This document shows positions 9,022-17,513 of a stretch of DNA of 36,322 nt, in pieces. Position numbers and translations under genes: made by a program. Source of the DNA: Candidatus Xenobia bacterium (GTDB lineage: Bacteria > Vulcanimicrobiota > Xenobia > Xenobiales > QWHO01); NCBI GenBank assembly GCA_045863235.1, contig BTUM01000080.1, forward strand, positions 1 through 36,322, written 5' to 3'. Below the pieces are notes generated by a model that was given only the letters and a program-made list of their open reading frames with translations, was not told the origin of the DNA and made no database searches. The first letter of the stretch is position 1; each line of letters opens with the position of its first letter.

Positions 9022-10800
9022 CTACCGGGCGGAGATTCCCTGCTGTGACGCCAACTTGTGGCTGAGAAAACCGACCGAGGCCAGGGCGCGTTTCTTCTGT
9101 AGCAGGCTGGATTCGTCAAAAGACAGCGTGTGGGCCGCGTATCGCAGCAGCGCGATCTCGTAGGAAACCGGCTCGGAGCCCTCCAGAAGGCGGTTGACCC
9201 AGCGGCGCAGTACCGCCAGCAAGAGACCCTCACGGCCCTCGATCAGGCCTCCCCCCCGGGCCAGGCTGGCTTCCACGGCCACGGCCCGCTCGAGGTCGCG
9301 GGGGGTCGGTAGGGGGGTGAGAATGAACTTCAGGTCGTTTTCCAGCTTGGCCAGGTCCTGCACGGCGTGCCCATAGGCGGTGTGGAAGAAGTCGATGATC
9401 CAGTAGTTGGAGTTCTCGTCGAGCAGAATGTTGGCGAAGTTGAGGTCGCCGTGGATCCACGAAGAGGTGCTCTCGCGCTCGGGGTCGAGCAACCGCCCTT
9501 CCTGAACGGCCCGGTAGAAGGGGGTCGGGTCGGGCACCTGCTGCCCCCCGATGCAAAGCGGCCCGCTCAGCTCCTCCCCGTAGACGTTCCGGGCGCGCTC
9601 GAGGGTGCTGGCGGCATAGCGAGGCAAGAAGCTGTAGTATTCGAAAAAGCGGAAGCGCTCGCTGGTTCGGTGGCCGTAGAGCCGGCCGAGAACATTCTCG
9701 AGCACCTCGTCGAGCACGGCTGCGGCCCGTGCGTCATGCTCGGCCCCGGCGGGCAGGCCTTCGAGCCAGCTCTTGAGGGTGCGCACCGGGCGCACACCCA
9801 TGGTGGCGTAGGTGTACTTGAGCCCGGAGACCTCACCCAGGTCGACCACCTCGCGCACCTGGGGGGCGTTGCTGCCCAGGATGTTCTCCACCTGCTCGAA
9901 GCGCACGCGCTCGGTGGCAATCTTGTCGCGCCGGTCGAGCTTGACGACGAAGGGAGCCTGACGGTAGCCCAGAGCGTCCTGGCTGCTGGTGCGGTAAACC
10001 CGGGCCCCCGAAAAGCCTCCGCCCAGCGGGGTCAGCTCCACCTTGCGGCAGTCGCGGAAGAGCAGCTTGATGAGATGGCGGTAAGGGTGACCCGGCTCGA
10101 GGTCAGGGCAGTCCACTTCCGGGGCCGGAGGCTCGGGATGGCTGAGCTGCTCGCGGGCGGGACTGGGAGCCCCCAACCACTCCAGGAACTCGGAGACCGA
10201 GTCGATGACCTGCACCCTGAGCACGCCCTTGAAGTGCTCCAGGGCCTCGAAGTGGCGGCGCCTCTGGCGGCTGGCTACCAGGGCGCTGCACACGGCCAGG
10301 TTGTGGCGCTGGAAGCGGGTCTTGAGCTCATAGAGCAGGTAGTGGATCTTGACATCGGTCCAGACGCCCACGATACCGACGCGGGTCTCGGGGCCGGACA
10401 GGCGCTCGATCAGGCCGGAAAGGTTGCCTTCCAGGGTGTCGTTGAGGCTGGTGGAATCCACCATATGGCTGCGAGGATGGTGGGTGAGCTCGTCATGCAG
10501 GCCGGCTACGAACTCGCTTCCCGGCGTGCCCTGCACGCAGTGGGCCCCGAAAAGCTCCATCTCTGCCTTCTGGTCGGGGTCGGACAGGTCGTGCCAGTCG
10601 CGCACGTGGATCATGGACAGATCGGCATCCTCCAGGCAGGCCCTGAGAAGGGTGGCCATGGGCCCGCGCGATGGATCCTCACCTAACAGACGCAATGACT
10701 CGCTCCAGCCTACGTGCAACGGGTTAGGCAGGGGGTCGAGACGTCCCAGCGGCGCCAGGAAGTCGTTCTGCAGGCACTGAGTGATCAACAGCGAGCCCAT
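9022..10800 (-). CDS. Isochorismatase/nicotinamidase-fold domain fused to APH-like protein-kinase-fold phosphotransferase
   Basis: GGAG RBS and ATG 10800. N-terminal QCLQNDF, RDWH, AHCVQGTPGSEF, VGVWTDVKI. C-terminal GGGFSGARV, FVVK, HGDLNFANILL, IIDF. Confidence 0.85.
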   Translation of the reverse strand: MGSLLITQCLQNDFLAPLGRLDPLPNPLHVGWSESLRLLGEDPSRGPMATLLRACLEDADLSMIHVRDWHDLSDPDQKAEMELFGAHCVQGTPGSEFVAGLHDELTHHPRSHMVDSTSLNDTLEGNLSGLIERLSGPETRVGIVGVWTDVKIHYLLYELKTRFQRHNLAVCSALVASRQRRRHFEALEHFKGVLRVQVIDSVSEFLEWLGAPSPAREQLSHPEPPAPEVDCPDLEPGHPYRHLIKLLFRDCRKVELTPLGGGFSGARVYRTSSQDALGYRQAPFVVKLDRRDKIATERVRFEQVENILGSNAPQVREVVDLGEVSGLKYTYATMGVRPVRTLKSWLEGLPAGAEHDARAAAVLDEVLENVLGRLYGHRTSERFRFFEYYSFLPRYAASTLERARNVYGEELSGPLCIGGQQVPDPTPFYRAVQEGRLLDPERESTSSWIHGDLNFANILLDENSNYWIIDFFHTAYGHAVQDLAKLENDLKFILTPLPTPRDLERAVAVEASLARGGGLIEGREGLLLAVLRRWVNRLLEGSEPVSYEIALLRYAAHTLSFDESSLLQKKRALASVGFLSHKLASQQGISAR

Positions 10801-10984
10801 GGTTTCTCCGTAACCTTTTGTTTGCCGAAACCCGTTCGCAAAGGCTTTTCCCTTCGTCGAACGAGGCCTTCGCAACCCCTCTTCTGAGGCCTTCCCGAGG
10901 GCGAACTCGAACAAACCATGTCCCCCGAAAGTGGCCATGCATGGGGACAGTACTCGCGCGAAAATGGGATAAAATTGGCTTTCT

Positions 10985-11012
10985 TCCACAGGCTCTTCAC
11001 AAGGAGTTCACA
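10985..11012. promoter_or_regulatory. Three direct repeats at 11-bp pitch (OmpR/PhoB-type site)
   Basis: TCCACA 10985, TTCACA 10996, TTCACA 11007 in a divergent intergenic region. Confidence 0.45.
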
Positions 11013-11107
11013 GGTGAGCACCGGAATCCGAGGTCCCTATCAGCCGGAATGATCCCGGTGGGACGGGCGCCGAGCGCGTCACCAGAAAATTTGGGGAGGA
11101 CGAGACG

Positions 11108-11329
11108 ATGGTTAAGAATCAATCGAAGGGCCGCCTGGTGAGCTGTGTGGAAGTGGGGGAGCTGGAGCTGCGTCCACCTGTTCATGCCGCCCTGCCGGTA
11201 GCAGTGCCGGGCAGGGCGCGCTGGACCTGCCAGGTGGCCCACCGAGGGGGGCAGGCGGACCAGGCGCTCAAGCGCTTGAAGCACTCGGCCCGGCTGTATT
11301 ACACGCTGGCCACGGGGCTGTCTCGTTGA
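11108..11329 (+). CDS. Small hypothetical protein (73 aa)
   Basis: Strong GGGGAGGA RBS 7 nt before ATG; occupies an otherwise empty interval; hairpin downstream. Confidence 0.55.
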   Translation: MVKNQSKGRLVSCVEVGELELRPPVHAALPVAVPGRARWTCQVAHRGGQADQALKRLKHSARLYYTLATGLSR

Positions 11330-11359
11330 AACGCACTTCTCCAAGAAGCGTTCGACGAG

Positions 11360-11380
11360 CCGGCTCCAAAATGGAGCCGG
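11360..11380. terminator. Hairpin between convergent genes, possible terminator
   Basis: CCGGCTCCA-aaa-TGGAGCCGG. Confidence 0.5.
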
Positions 11381-11409
11381 TCGGCGTTTTCAGGGTCGGT
11401 CTGCGCGCT

Positions 11410-12156
11410 CTATGCTGGCGCGAGAAACGGCAGCGTTACGCCAGCCGTCTCGAGAGCCTGGCGCTGAGCCAGGAAGAGGCGCTCCAGGCCAGCCCAGCCG
11501 GCGTCGAGCATGCGGTTGAGGTCACTTCGGGAGAAGGGAGCCCCTTCGGCGGTTCCCTGCACCTCGACGAGCTGGCCGCGGCCTGTCATGACCAGGTTCA
11601 GGTCGACCTGGGCGCGGGTATCCTCGGTGTAGTCGAGGTCGACGAGCACCTCGCCGTCCACCAGGCCTACGCTGACGGCGGCCACCTGGTCGTGCAGGGG
11701 AAACTCGCTGATCAGGCCGTTCTTGAGCAGCCGGTCGCCCACCTGAGCCAGGGCCACCCACGAGCCTGTGATGGCCGCGGTGCGGGTGCCAGCATCGGCC
11801 TGGATCACGTCGCAGTCACAGATCACCTGGCGCTCGCCCAGCTTCTCGAGCCAGGTGACGGCCCGGAGGCTGCGACCGATGAGGCGCTGGATCTCGTGGG
11901 TCCGACCCGAGTTGCGGGAGCGTTCGCGATTGGTGCGATTCATCGTCGCTCGGGGCAACATCGCATACTCGGCGGTCACCCAGCCCCGCTTCTTCTCGGC
12001 CATCCAGGTGGGAATGCGCTCTTCCAGGGTAGCCGCGCACAACACCCGGGTGGAGCCGGCGCTGATCAGCACCGAGCCCTCCGCGAAGGGAGCATAGTTT
12101 AGCTCAAACGAGACCGGCCGGATCTGGGAGGGGTTGCGGCCATCGGCTCGAGTCAT
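11410..12156 (-). CDS. rph: Ribonuclease PH
   Basis: RADGR, AEGSVL, GWVTAEYAMLPRAT, EIQRLIGRSLR, DCDVIQADAGTRTAAITG, DLDYTED, EVQGTAEG; AGGAGG RBS. Confidence 0.97.
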   Translation of the reverse strand: MTRADGRNPSQIRPVSFELNYAPFAEGSVLISAGSTRVLCAATLEERIPTWMAEKKRGWVTAEYAMLPRATMNRTNRERSRNSGRTHEIQRLIGRSLRAVTWLEKLGERQVICDCDVIQADAGTRTAAITGSWVALAQVGDRLLKNGLISEFPLHDQVAAVSVGLVDGEVLVDLDYTEDTRAQVDLNLVMTGRGQLVEVQGTAEGAPFSRSDLNRMLDAGWAGLERLFLAQRQALETAGVTLPFLAPA

Positions 12157-12181
12157 CGGTTTCCTCCTGGACGGAGCGCTC

Positions 12182-12317
12182 GGGGAACGGCGCTGCGCCC
12201 GCGGTCTAATGTGCTCGGCCTCTGGTCTTGCACATTAGCCACAATCTGACGAACGCGCCGGAACGAAGTTCCAGCGCGTTATCAGGGCAAGACCTCGGCC
12301 TTGCACTTTAGTTCCCC
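12182..12317. other. Structured palindromic non-coding element, copy A (candidate ncRNA or REP-like repeat)
   Basis: Closed by GGGGAAC/GTTCCCC with internal stems CTAATGTGC/GCACATTAG, CTGA..AACGCGC.GGAAC/GTTCC.GCGCGTT.TCAG and GCAAG/CTTGC; related to 34753-34838. Confidence 0.5.
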
Positions 12318-12363
12318 ACGGTTTCCTCGTATGCCTGCAATCAACAGTAAGGAGAACTTCCCA

Positions 12364-12624
12364 ATGATCTGGACCGAAGAGCATTCCCCCGCCCTGCAAG
12401 ACGTCATCACCCGCTGCCGGGCCACCATGGACGAGCACGTGCTCAATTCGAACTTCCTGGTTTCCCGCCAGGGCGAGAGCTTTCTGCTCTACAGCAAGGG
12501 CCCTCTGACCCAGGTGTTCGCCCGCATGGTCGAGATCCTGGTGGAGGACCTGCCTGAGTGCGAGCCCCCCGCTCGAACCGCCATTCCGGTGCCCACGGCC
12601 CGGGCCAGGAAGGTTCGCCGGTAG
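12364..12624 (+). CDS. Small hypothetical protein (86 aa) at the head of the iol cluster
   Basis: AAGGAGA RBS, ATG 12364, ends 17 nt before iolE. Confidence 0.65.
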   Translation: MIWTEEHSPALQDVITRCRATMDEHVLNSNFLVSRQGESFLLYSKGPLTQVFARMVEILVEDLPECEPPARTAIPVPTARARKVRR

Positions 12625-12641
12625 ATGCCGAAGGGGCCCGG

Positions 12642-13505
12642 ATGAAGCTGGGGATCGCTCCCATCGGCTGGGCCAACGACGACCTTCGCGACTGGGGGGC
12701 CGAGCGCACCGGCCCCGAGATCATGGCCGAGGTGGCCCGGGCCGGCTATGCCGGCTCGGAGATGAGCTATACCTACCCCAGCGATCCCGAGGTCCTGAAA
12801 GCGGCTCTGGCTGAGCACGGCCTGGAGCTGTGCGGGGCCTATCGCTGGACCAACCTGGCCAATTCCGAGCGGCACGCCATTGAGCTCGAGCGAGCTCAAG
12901 AGCACGTCGCGTTCTGCCGGGCTGCCGGCGCCCGTTACGCCATCCTGGCCGAGGGAGCCGGCAGTCTGCACTGGGACGCCCGCGGTCAGTCCAGCGTCGT
13001 GACCCCGCTGGACCAGGCTGGCTGGCGGCGGGTGACGGAGGGCCTCCGCCGGGTGGCCGAATTCGCCGCTTCCCAGGGGGTGCGGCTCTGCTACCACGCC
13101 CACGCCGGTACGGCCATCGAGCGCCGTCCCGAGATCGATCGGCTCTTCGAGCTCCTCGAGCCCGAAGAGCTGTCTTTCTGTCTGGACACAGCTCAGCTTG
13201 CCTATGCCGGCGAGGACCCCGAGCAAGCAGCACGCGACTATGCCGCTCGGATCCCTTATGCCCACCTCAAGGACGTGCGTCCCGCCGTGCTCGACCAGGT
13301 TCATCTCCGTCGCCCTCGCTTCTTGGAGGCAGTGCAGCGGAACGTGTTCTGCACCCCGGGCGCGGGCGGCCTCGATTGGTCCGCCATCCTGCCTCATCTT
13401 CGTCAGGCTGACTGGTGGGTCGTCGAGGCCGACCAGGATCCGGCCCAGGCTCCCCCCTTCCAGGTGGCCGAGGCGGCCCGACGATTCCTGGAGGCCTTCG
13501 CTTGA
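12642..13505 (+). CDS. iolE: Myo-inosose-2 dehydratase (TIM barrel)
   Basis: KLGIAPIGWANDDL, AGYAGSE, YHAHAGT, FCLDTAQ, HLKDVR, WVVEADQDP. Confidence 0.88.
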   Translation: MKLGIAPIGWANDDLRDWGAERTGPEIMAEVARAGYAGSEMSYTYPSDPEVLKAALAEHGLELCGAYRWTNLANSERHAIELERAQEHVAFCRAAGARYAILAEGAGSLHWDARGQSSVVTPLDQAGWRRVTEGLRRVAEFAASQGVRLCYHAHAGTAIERRPEIDRLFELLEPEELSFCLDTAQLAYAGEDPEQAARDYAARIPYAHLKDVRPAVLDQVHLRRPRFLEAVQRNVFCTPGAGGLDWSAILPHLRQADWWVVEADQDPAQAPPFQVAEAARRFLEAFA

Positions 13506-14482
13506 AGGCGCTGGGCGTTGCCGTGGTGGGAGCGGGCCGCATCGGACAGCTGCACGCGCGTCATCTGTGTGGCTCCATCGAGGGGGGCGAGCTGGTCTGC
13601 CTGGTGGACCCCGAGCGCGAGCGTGCCGAGAGGGTCGCCCGCGGTCGACCGGTGCTCGACAGCCTGGAGGAGGCCCTGGAGTTGCCCGAGGTGGAGGCCG
13701 TGGTCCTCTCCTCGCCCACGGACCTCCACGCCCGCCAGATCGAGCAGTGCGCCGCTCGAGGCAAAGCCATCTTCTGCGAGAAGCCGGTGGGACTCGAGCT
13801 CGAGCGTTCCGAGCGCTCGCTCGAGGCAGCCCGCGATGTGCCTTTCCAGATCGGCTTCCAGCGCCGCTATGACCCCGGTTTTGCGGCCGCACGCCAGGCG
13901 CTCGAGCAGGGCCGTATCGGCAGGCTCGAGATGCTGCGCTCGCTGACCTGCGACCCGGCTCCTCCGCCCATCGACTACCTCAAGGTGTCGGGGGGGATCT
14001 TCCGCGATATGGCCATCCACGACATCGACGTGGCTCGCTTTTTCGGGGGCGAGGTGGTGGAGGTAACAGCCGTGGGAGCCTGCCTGGTGGATGCGCGCAT
14101 CGCCGAGCTGGGCGACGTGGATACCGCCTGCGTCACGCTGCGCTTCGAGTCGGGCGCGCTGGGCGTGCTGCAGGCCTGGCGGCGGGCTGTCTACGGCTAC
14201 GACGTCCGGGCCGAGCTGATGGGCTCAGGGGGTAAGCTGGTGGTGGAGGAGGAGGGGCCCGTGTCCCTGCGCAGCTATCGCGGCGAGGGCGTGCTGAGTG
14301 ACTTCTACGACGGCTTCCTGAGCCGATTCCGGGAGGCTTACCGGTTGGAGCTGGCGGCTTTTGTCGCCAGCGTGCGCGCGGGGCAGGCTCCCACCCCCGG
14401 CCCTCACGACGCCGTCCAGGCATTGAGAGTCGCCCTGGCCTGCGCCGAGTCCTTGAAGAGCGGTAGAACCGTGCGATGTTGA
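13502..14482 (+). CDS. iolG: Inositol 2-dehydrogenase (Gfo/Idh/MocA family)
   Basis: GAGRIG, FCEKP, IGFQRRYDP, SGGIFRDMAIHDID, YGYDVRAE; TTG start overlaps the iolE stop. Confidence 0.9.
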   Translation: MKALGVAVVGAGRIGQLHARHLCGSIEGGELVCLVDPERERAERVARGRPVLDSLEEALELPEVEAVVLSSPTDLHARQIEQCAARGKAIFCEKPVGLELERSERSLEAARDVPFQIGFQRRYDPGFAAARQALEQGRIGRLEMLRSLTCDPAPPPIDYLKVSGGIFRDMAIHDIDVARFFGGEVVEVTAVGACLVDARIAELGDVDTACVTLRFESGALGVLQAWRRAVYGYDVRAELMGSGGKLVVEEEGPVSLRSYRGEGVLSDFYDGFLSRFREAYRLELAAFVASVRAGQAPTPGPHDAVQALRVALACAESLKSGRTVRC

Positions 14483-15270
14483 AGCTGGGTCCCCAGGAAG
14501 GCCCGCTGGTGGTGGAGGTCACCCCGCGGATGGCGGGCTGGAGCCACCTCACCTTCCGGGTTCACCGCCTGGCGGCCGGGGAGTCTCTGCGAGCCCGCAA
14601 TGACGACGAAGAAGGAGTTCTGGTGCTGCTCTCGGGTCGGGGCACTTTGCAGGGCCAGCCGGTGGAGCGCGCCGGCGTCTTTCAGGGCCTGCCCTGGTTT
14701 GCCTACGTGCCCCGGCGCCAGGGCTGCGTCTTCGAGGCCGAGACCGACTCGGAGCTGGCCTGGGGGGCGGCCCCTTGCAGCCAGGACTATCCCGCCCGTG
14801 TGCTGGGTCCACGAGATTGCGCGGTGGAGATGCGCGGCGGTCACAACGTGACCCGCCAGATCACCCATCTCGTCGATCCCGGTTTTTGTCAGCGACTCCT
14901 CTGCGTCGAGGTCTACACCCCCAGCGGCAACTGGTCGAGCTACCCTCCCCATCGCCACGACGCAGACCGCCTGCCGGACGAGGTAGACCTGGACGAGGTC
15001 TATTACTACCGTATGCCCGAGCGGGGGTGGGCGGTGCAGCGCCTTTACGACGCCGACTTTGACGAGCTGTTTTTGTGCCGCGATCGGGACACGATTGTCG
15101 TGCGGCGAGGCTTCCACCCGGTCGTGGCGGCCCCCGGATTCGACGTCTACTACCTGAATTTTCTGGCCGGAGAGCACCCGCTCTGGGTGGTTTACGACGA
15201 TCCTGAGCTGGCCTTCGTGCGGGGCGACTGGAACAGCCCCGCTCCGATACAGCTCCCGCTCAGGCCATGA
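14476..15270 (+). CDS. iolB: 5-deoxy-glucuronate isomerase
   Basis: EVYTPSGNWSSYPPHRHD, EVYYY, GFHPVVAAPG, YYLNFLAG. Confidence 0.95.
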   Translation: MLKLGPQEGPLVVEVTPRMAGWSHLTFRVHRLAAGESLRARNDDEEGVLVLLSGRGTLQGQPVERAGVFQGLPWFAYVPRRQGCVFEAETDSELAWGAAPCSQDYPARVLGPRDCAVEMRGGHNVTRQITHLVDPGFCQRLLCVEVYTPSGNWSSYPPHRHDADRLPDEVDLDEVYYYRMPERGWAVQRLYDADFDELFLCRDRDTIVVRRGFHPVVAAPGFDVYYLNFLAGEHPLWVVYDDPELAFVRGDWNSPAPIQLPLRP

Positions 15271-15722
15271 CCGTCCGACCCGAGCAACCGGCTGATCAGG
15301 AGGCCATCCGCGAGGTGAACCGGGCCGCCTTCGGCGCCGAAGGGGAGGGCAGGTTGGTGGACCGGCTGCGCAGGGAAGGCCTCTTGCGGCTTTCGTTGGT
15401 GGCCGAGGAGCAGGGCCGGGTCGTCGGCCATATCGCCTTCTCGACGATCATGCTGGATGGCCGTGAGGTGCTCTCGCTGGCCCCCATGGCGGTGCTGCCT
15501 GCCTTCCAGCGCCAGGGAATTGGCTCGGCGCTGGTGCGGGCGGGTCTTGCGGCGCTGAAGCAACCCGTGGTGGTACTGGGTCATCCCGAGTACTATCCCC
15601 GCTTCGGTTTCTCGCCCGCCCACGCCGTCGGGCTCCGCTGTGCCTGGTCGGGACCGGCCCTCATGGCCACCGAGCCTCTTTCGGGTGAGCTGATTTACCC
15701 GGACGCGTTTGCGGAGGTTTAA
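15267..15722 (+). CDS. GNAT N-acetyltransferase (YhbS-like)
   Basis: LAPMAVLPAFQRQGIGSALV, VLGHPEYYPRFGF; ATGA overlap with iolB. Confidence 0.9.
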   Translation: MTVRPEQPADQEAIREVNRAAFGAEGEGRLVDRLRREGLLRLSLVAEEQGRVVGHIAFSTIMLDGREVLSLAPMAVLPAFQRQGIGSALVRAGLAALKQPVVVLGHPEYYPRFGFSPAHAVGLRCAWSGPALMATEPLSGELIYPDAFAEV

Positions 15723-17447
15723 GTGGACCTGATTTCGGTGGGGCGGTGCATGGTGGACCTCTACTGCGACCAGGTGGGCTCGCCGCTACGCGAGGCCCAG
15801 TCGGTCTCAATGTACATCGGGGGCTGCCCCACCAATGTGGCCGTGGGCGCGGCTCGACTGGGCCTGAAGGTGGCCATGTTGACCCGGGTGGGGGAGGACC
15901 GGACCGGCGAGTTCGTGCTCGAGACGTTTCGCCGCGAGGGCGTGGACGTTTCTCACATTCACGTCGATCCGCGCGCTCATACCCCGATGGTGATGGCCGA
16001 GATCATGCCCCCCGATCGCTTCGCCCTCACCTGGTACCGCGAGCGGGCCTCCGACCTTCGCCTGACCGAGTCCGACTTCGAACGCTCGTGGCTGGGCCAG
16101 GCCCGAGCGGTGCTCGTCTCGGGCAATTCGTTCTCCACCCCGGAAGCTGCTCGGGTCACCCGCCAGTTGGTACGCGAAGCGCGCGCGGCCGGTTGTCGCA
16201 TCATCTACGACATCGACTACCGACCCGTTCTCTGGTATCGCGAGTTGCCCGATGGGGCCCGCGAGCTGGTCGAGCCCACCCGCTTGAAAGATGTGCTGGG
16301 CGAGGTGGACCTGCTGGTTGGCACCGAGGAGGAGTACGAGGCTCTGGCGGGCGGCTTCGAACCGGCCCGCAAGCTGGCCCCCGGGGCCACGGCCGTGCTC
16401 AAGCTGGGGGCACGGGGAGCGAAGGTGGCTCTGAGCGGTCAGGAAGCGGTCGAGGTGGGCGGCTTCCCGGTCGAGGTGCTGAATACTCTGGGAGCGGGGG
16501 ATGCCTTCCTGGCCGGTTTTCTCTCCGGCTGGTTGCGCGATCTTCCTCTCTCCGAGTGCGTGCTCCGGGGCAACGCCAACGGCGCCCTGGTGGTCACCCG
16601 CCACGGCTGCGCTCCGGCCATGCCGTACGCCCGTGAGGTGGAGGAGTTTCTGGCCCGCGGCCTCACGCCCCGGGTGGAGCGGCTGCACGCCGCCGGCGCC
16701 CTGAAGCCGCCCCCGCACCGTCCCCTGGCGATCCTGGCCATCGACCACCGCACCTGGTTCTCGCAGCGATGCGAGGACGACGAGCGGGTGGGTCGCTTCA
16801 AGCTGGCCGCCTGCCAGGCGGTGGCCGAGCGGTGCCGTCAGCGTTCCTTCGATTGTGAGCTGGGCTTCATCCTCGATCGCGAGGAGTGCCTGGGCTGGGC
16901 CGACGCCGAGGGCTTCTGGACGGCTCAGTGCCTGGAGGAGCCCAACAGCACTCCCTTGCGAGTGATCGGTGCTGACGCCGGGGTCACCTTGCGCTCGCGC
17001 CCCCGGCGCCGGGCCGTCAAGCTGCTGGTGACCTGGCCGGGGGGCGAGGGGCAGCGGGCCACGCTCGAGCAGGTGGTGGCTGCCTGCCGCTCGCTGGGGA
17101 GGGAGTTGATCCTGGAGGTGCTGCGCCCCGACGGAGGCCGCGACCTGGCCGTCGAGATGCAAGAGCTCGCGGAGCTCTCGCCCGACTGGTGGAAGGTGCC
17201 CATCGGCCCCGATCCTGCCCGCATCGCTCAGCTGGCCTCGAGCGACGAATGCTGCCGCGGAGTGCTGTGGCTGGGCGGAGGGGAGCCGCTGGAAGAACTG
17301 AGCGCTCAGCTTGGTGTCGTTGCTCGTTTATCGGCCTCGAAGGGCTTTGCGGTGGGACGCACGGTGTTCGAACAGGCCTTTCTGGAGGATCAACCCGAGC
17401 TGGTGGCCGACCGCTTCGAGCGGCTGGTGCGGGCCTGGGGGTTGTGA
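15723..17447 (+). CDS. iolC: 5-dehydro-2-deoxygluconokinase with C-terminal DUF2090 aldolase-like domain
   Basis: GGCPTNVAVGAARLG, DIDYRPVLW, NTLGAGDAF, VVTRHGCAPAMP; then LAIDHR, PDWWK, GFAVGRTVF. Confidence 0.93.
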   Translation: MDLISVGRCMVDLYCDQVGSPLREAQSVSMYIGGCPTNVAVGAARLGLKVAMLTRVGEDRTGEFVLETFRREGVDVSHIHVDPRAHTPMVMAEIMPPDRFALTWYRERASDLRLTESDFERSWLGQARAVLVSGNSFSTPEAARVTRQLVREARAAGCRIIYDIDYRPVLWYRELPDGARELVEPTRLKDVLGEVDLLVGTEEEYEALAGGFEPARKLAPGATAVLKLGARGAKVALSGQEAVEVGGFPVEVLNTLGAGDAFLAGFLSGWLRDLPLSECVLRGNANGALVVTRHGCAPAMPYAREVEEFLARGLTPRVERLHAAGALKPPPHRPLAILAIDHRTWFSQRCEDDERVGRFKLAACQAVAERCRQRSFDCELGFILDREECLGWADAEGFWTAQCLEEPNSTPLRVIGADAGVTLRSRPRRRAVKLLVTWPGGEGQRATLEQVVAACRSLGRELILEVLRPDGGRDLAVEMQELAELSPDWWKVPIGPDPARIAQLASSDECCRGVLWLGGGEPLEELSAQLGVVARLSASKGFAVGRTVFEQAFLEDQPELVADRFERLVRAWGL

Positions 17448-17459
17448 AGTTTTTCACAG
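17442..17459. promoter_or_regulatory. CRP-consensus / Rex-like palindrome
   Basis: TTGTGAAGTTTTTCACAG is a perfect TGTGA-N6-TCACA and one mismatch from Rex TTGTGAA-N4-TTCACAA; candidate extended -10 TGgTAGGCT at 17477-17485. Confidence 0.65.
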
Positions 17460-17513
17460 AACTTGCTCCTGGCCGGTGGTAGGCTGGGAGTATCGAGCGG
17501 GAGGTATGCGAAA

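Noticed and set aside
10810..10920. Riboswitch in the leader of the amidase-kinase gene
   Set aside because: Only short imperfect hairpins and a GAGGCCTTC direct repeat; no recognisable aptamer consensus
12246..12290. Hammerhead ribozyme (CTGACGA core)
   Set aside because: No GAAA after the stem and no matching stems I/III
12182..12317. tRNA, SRP RNA or 6S RNA
   Set aside because: No T-loop/anticodon cloverleaf, no SRP domain IV motif, and no symmetric central bubble of the 6S type that I can see
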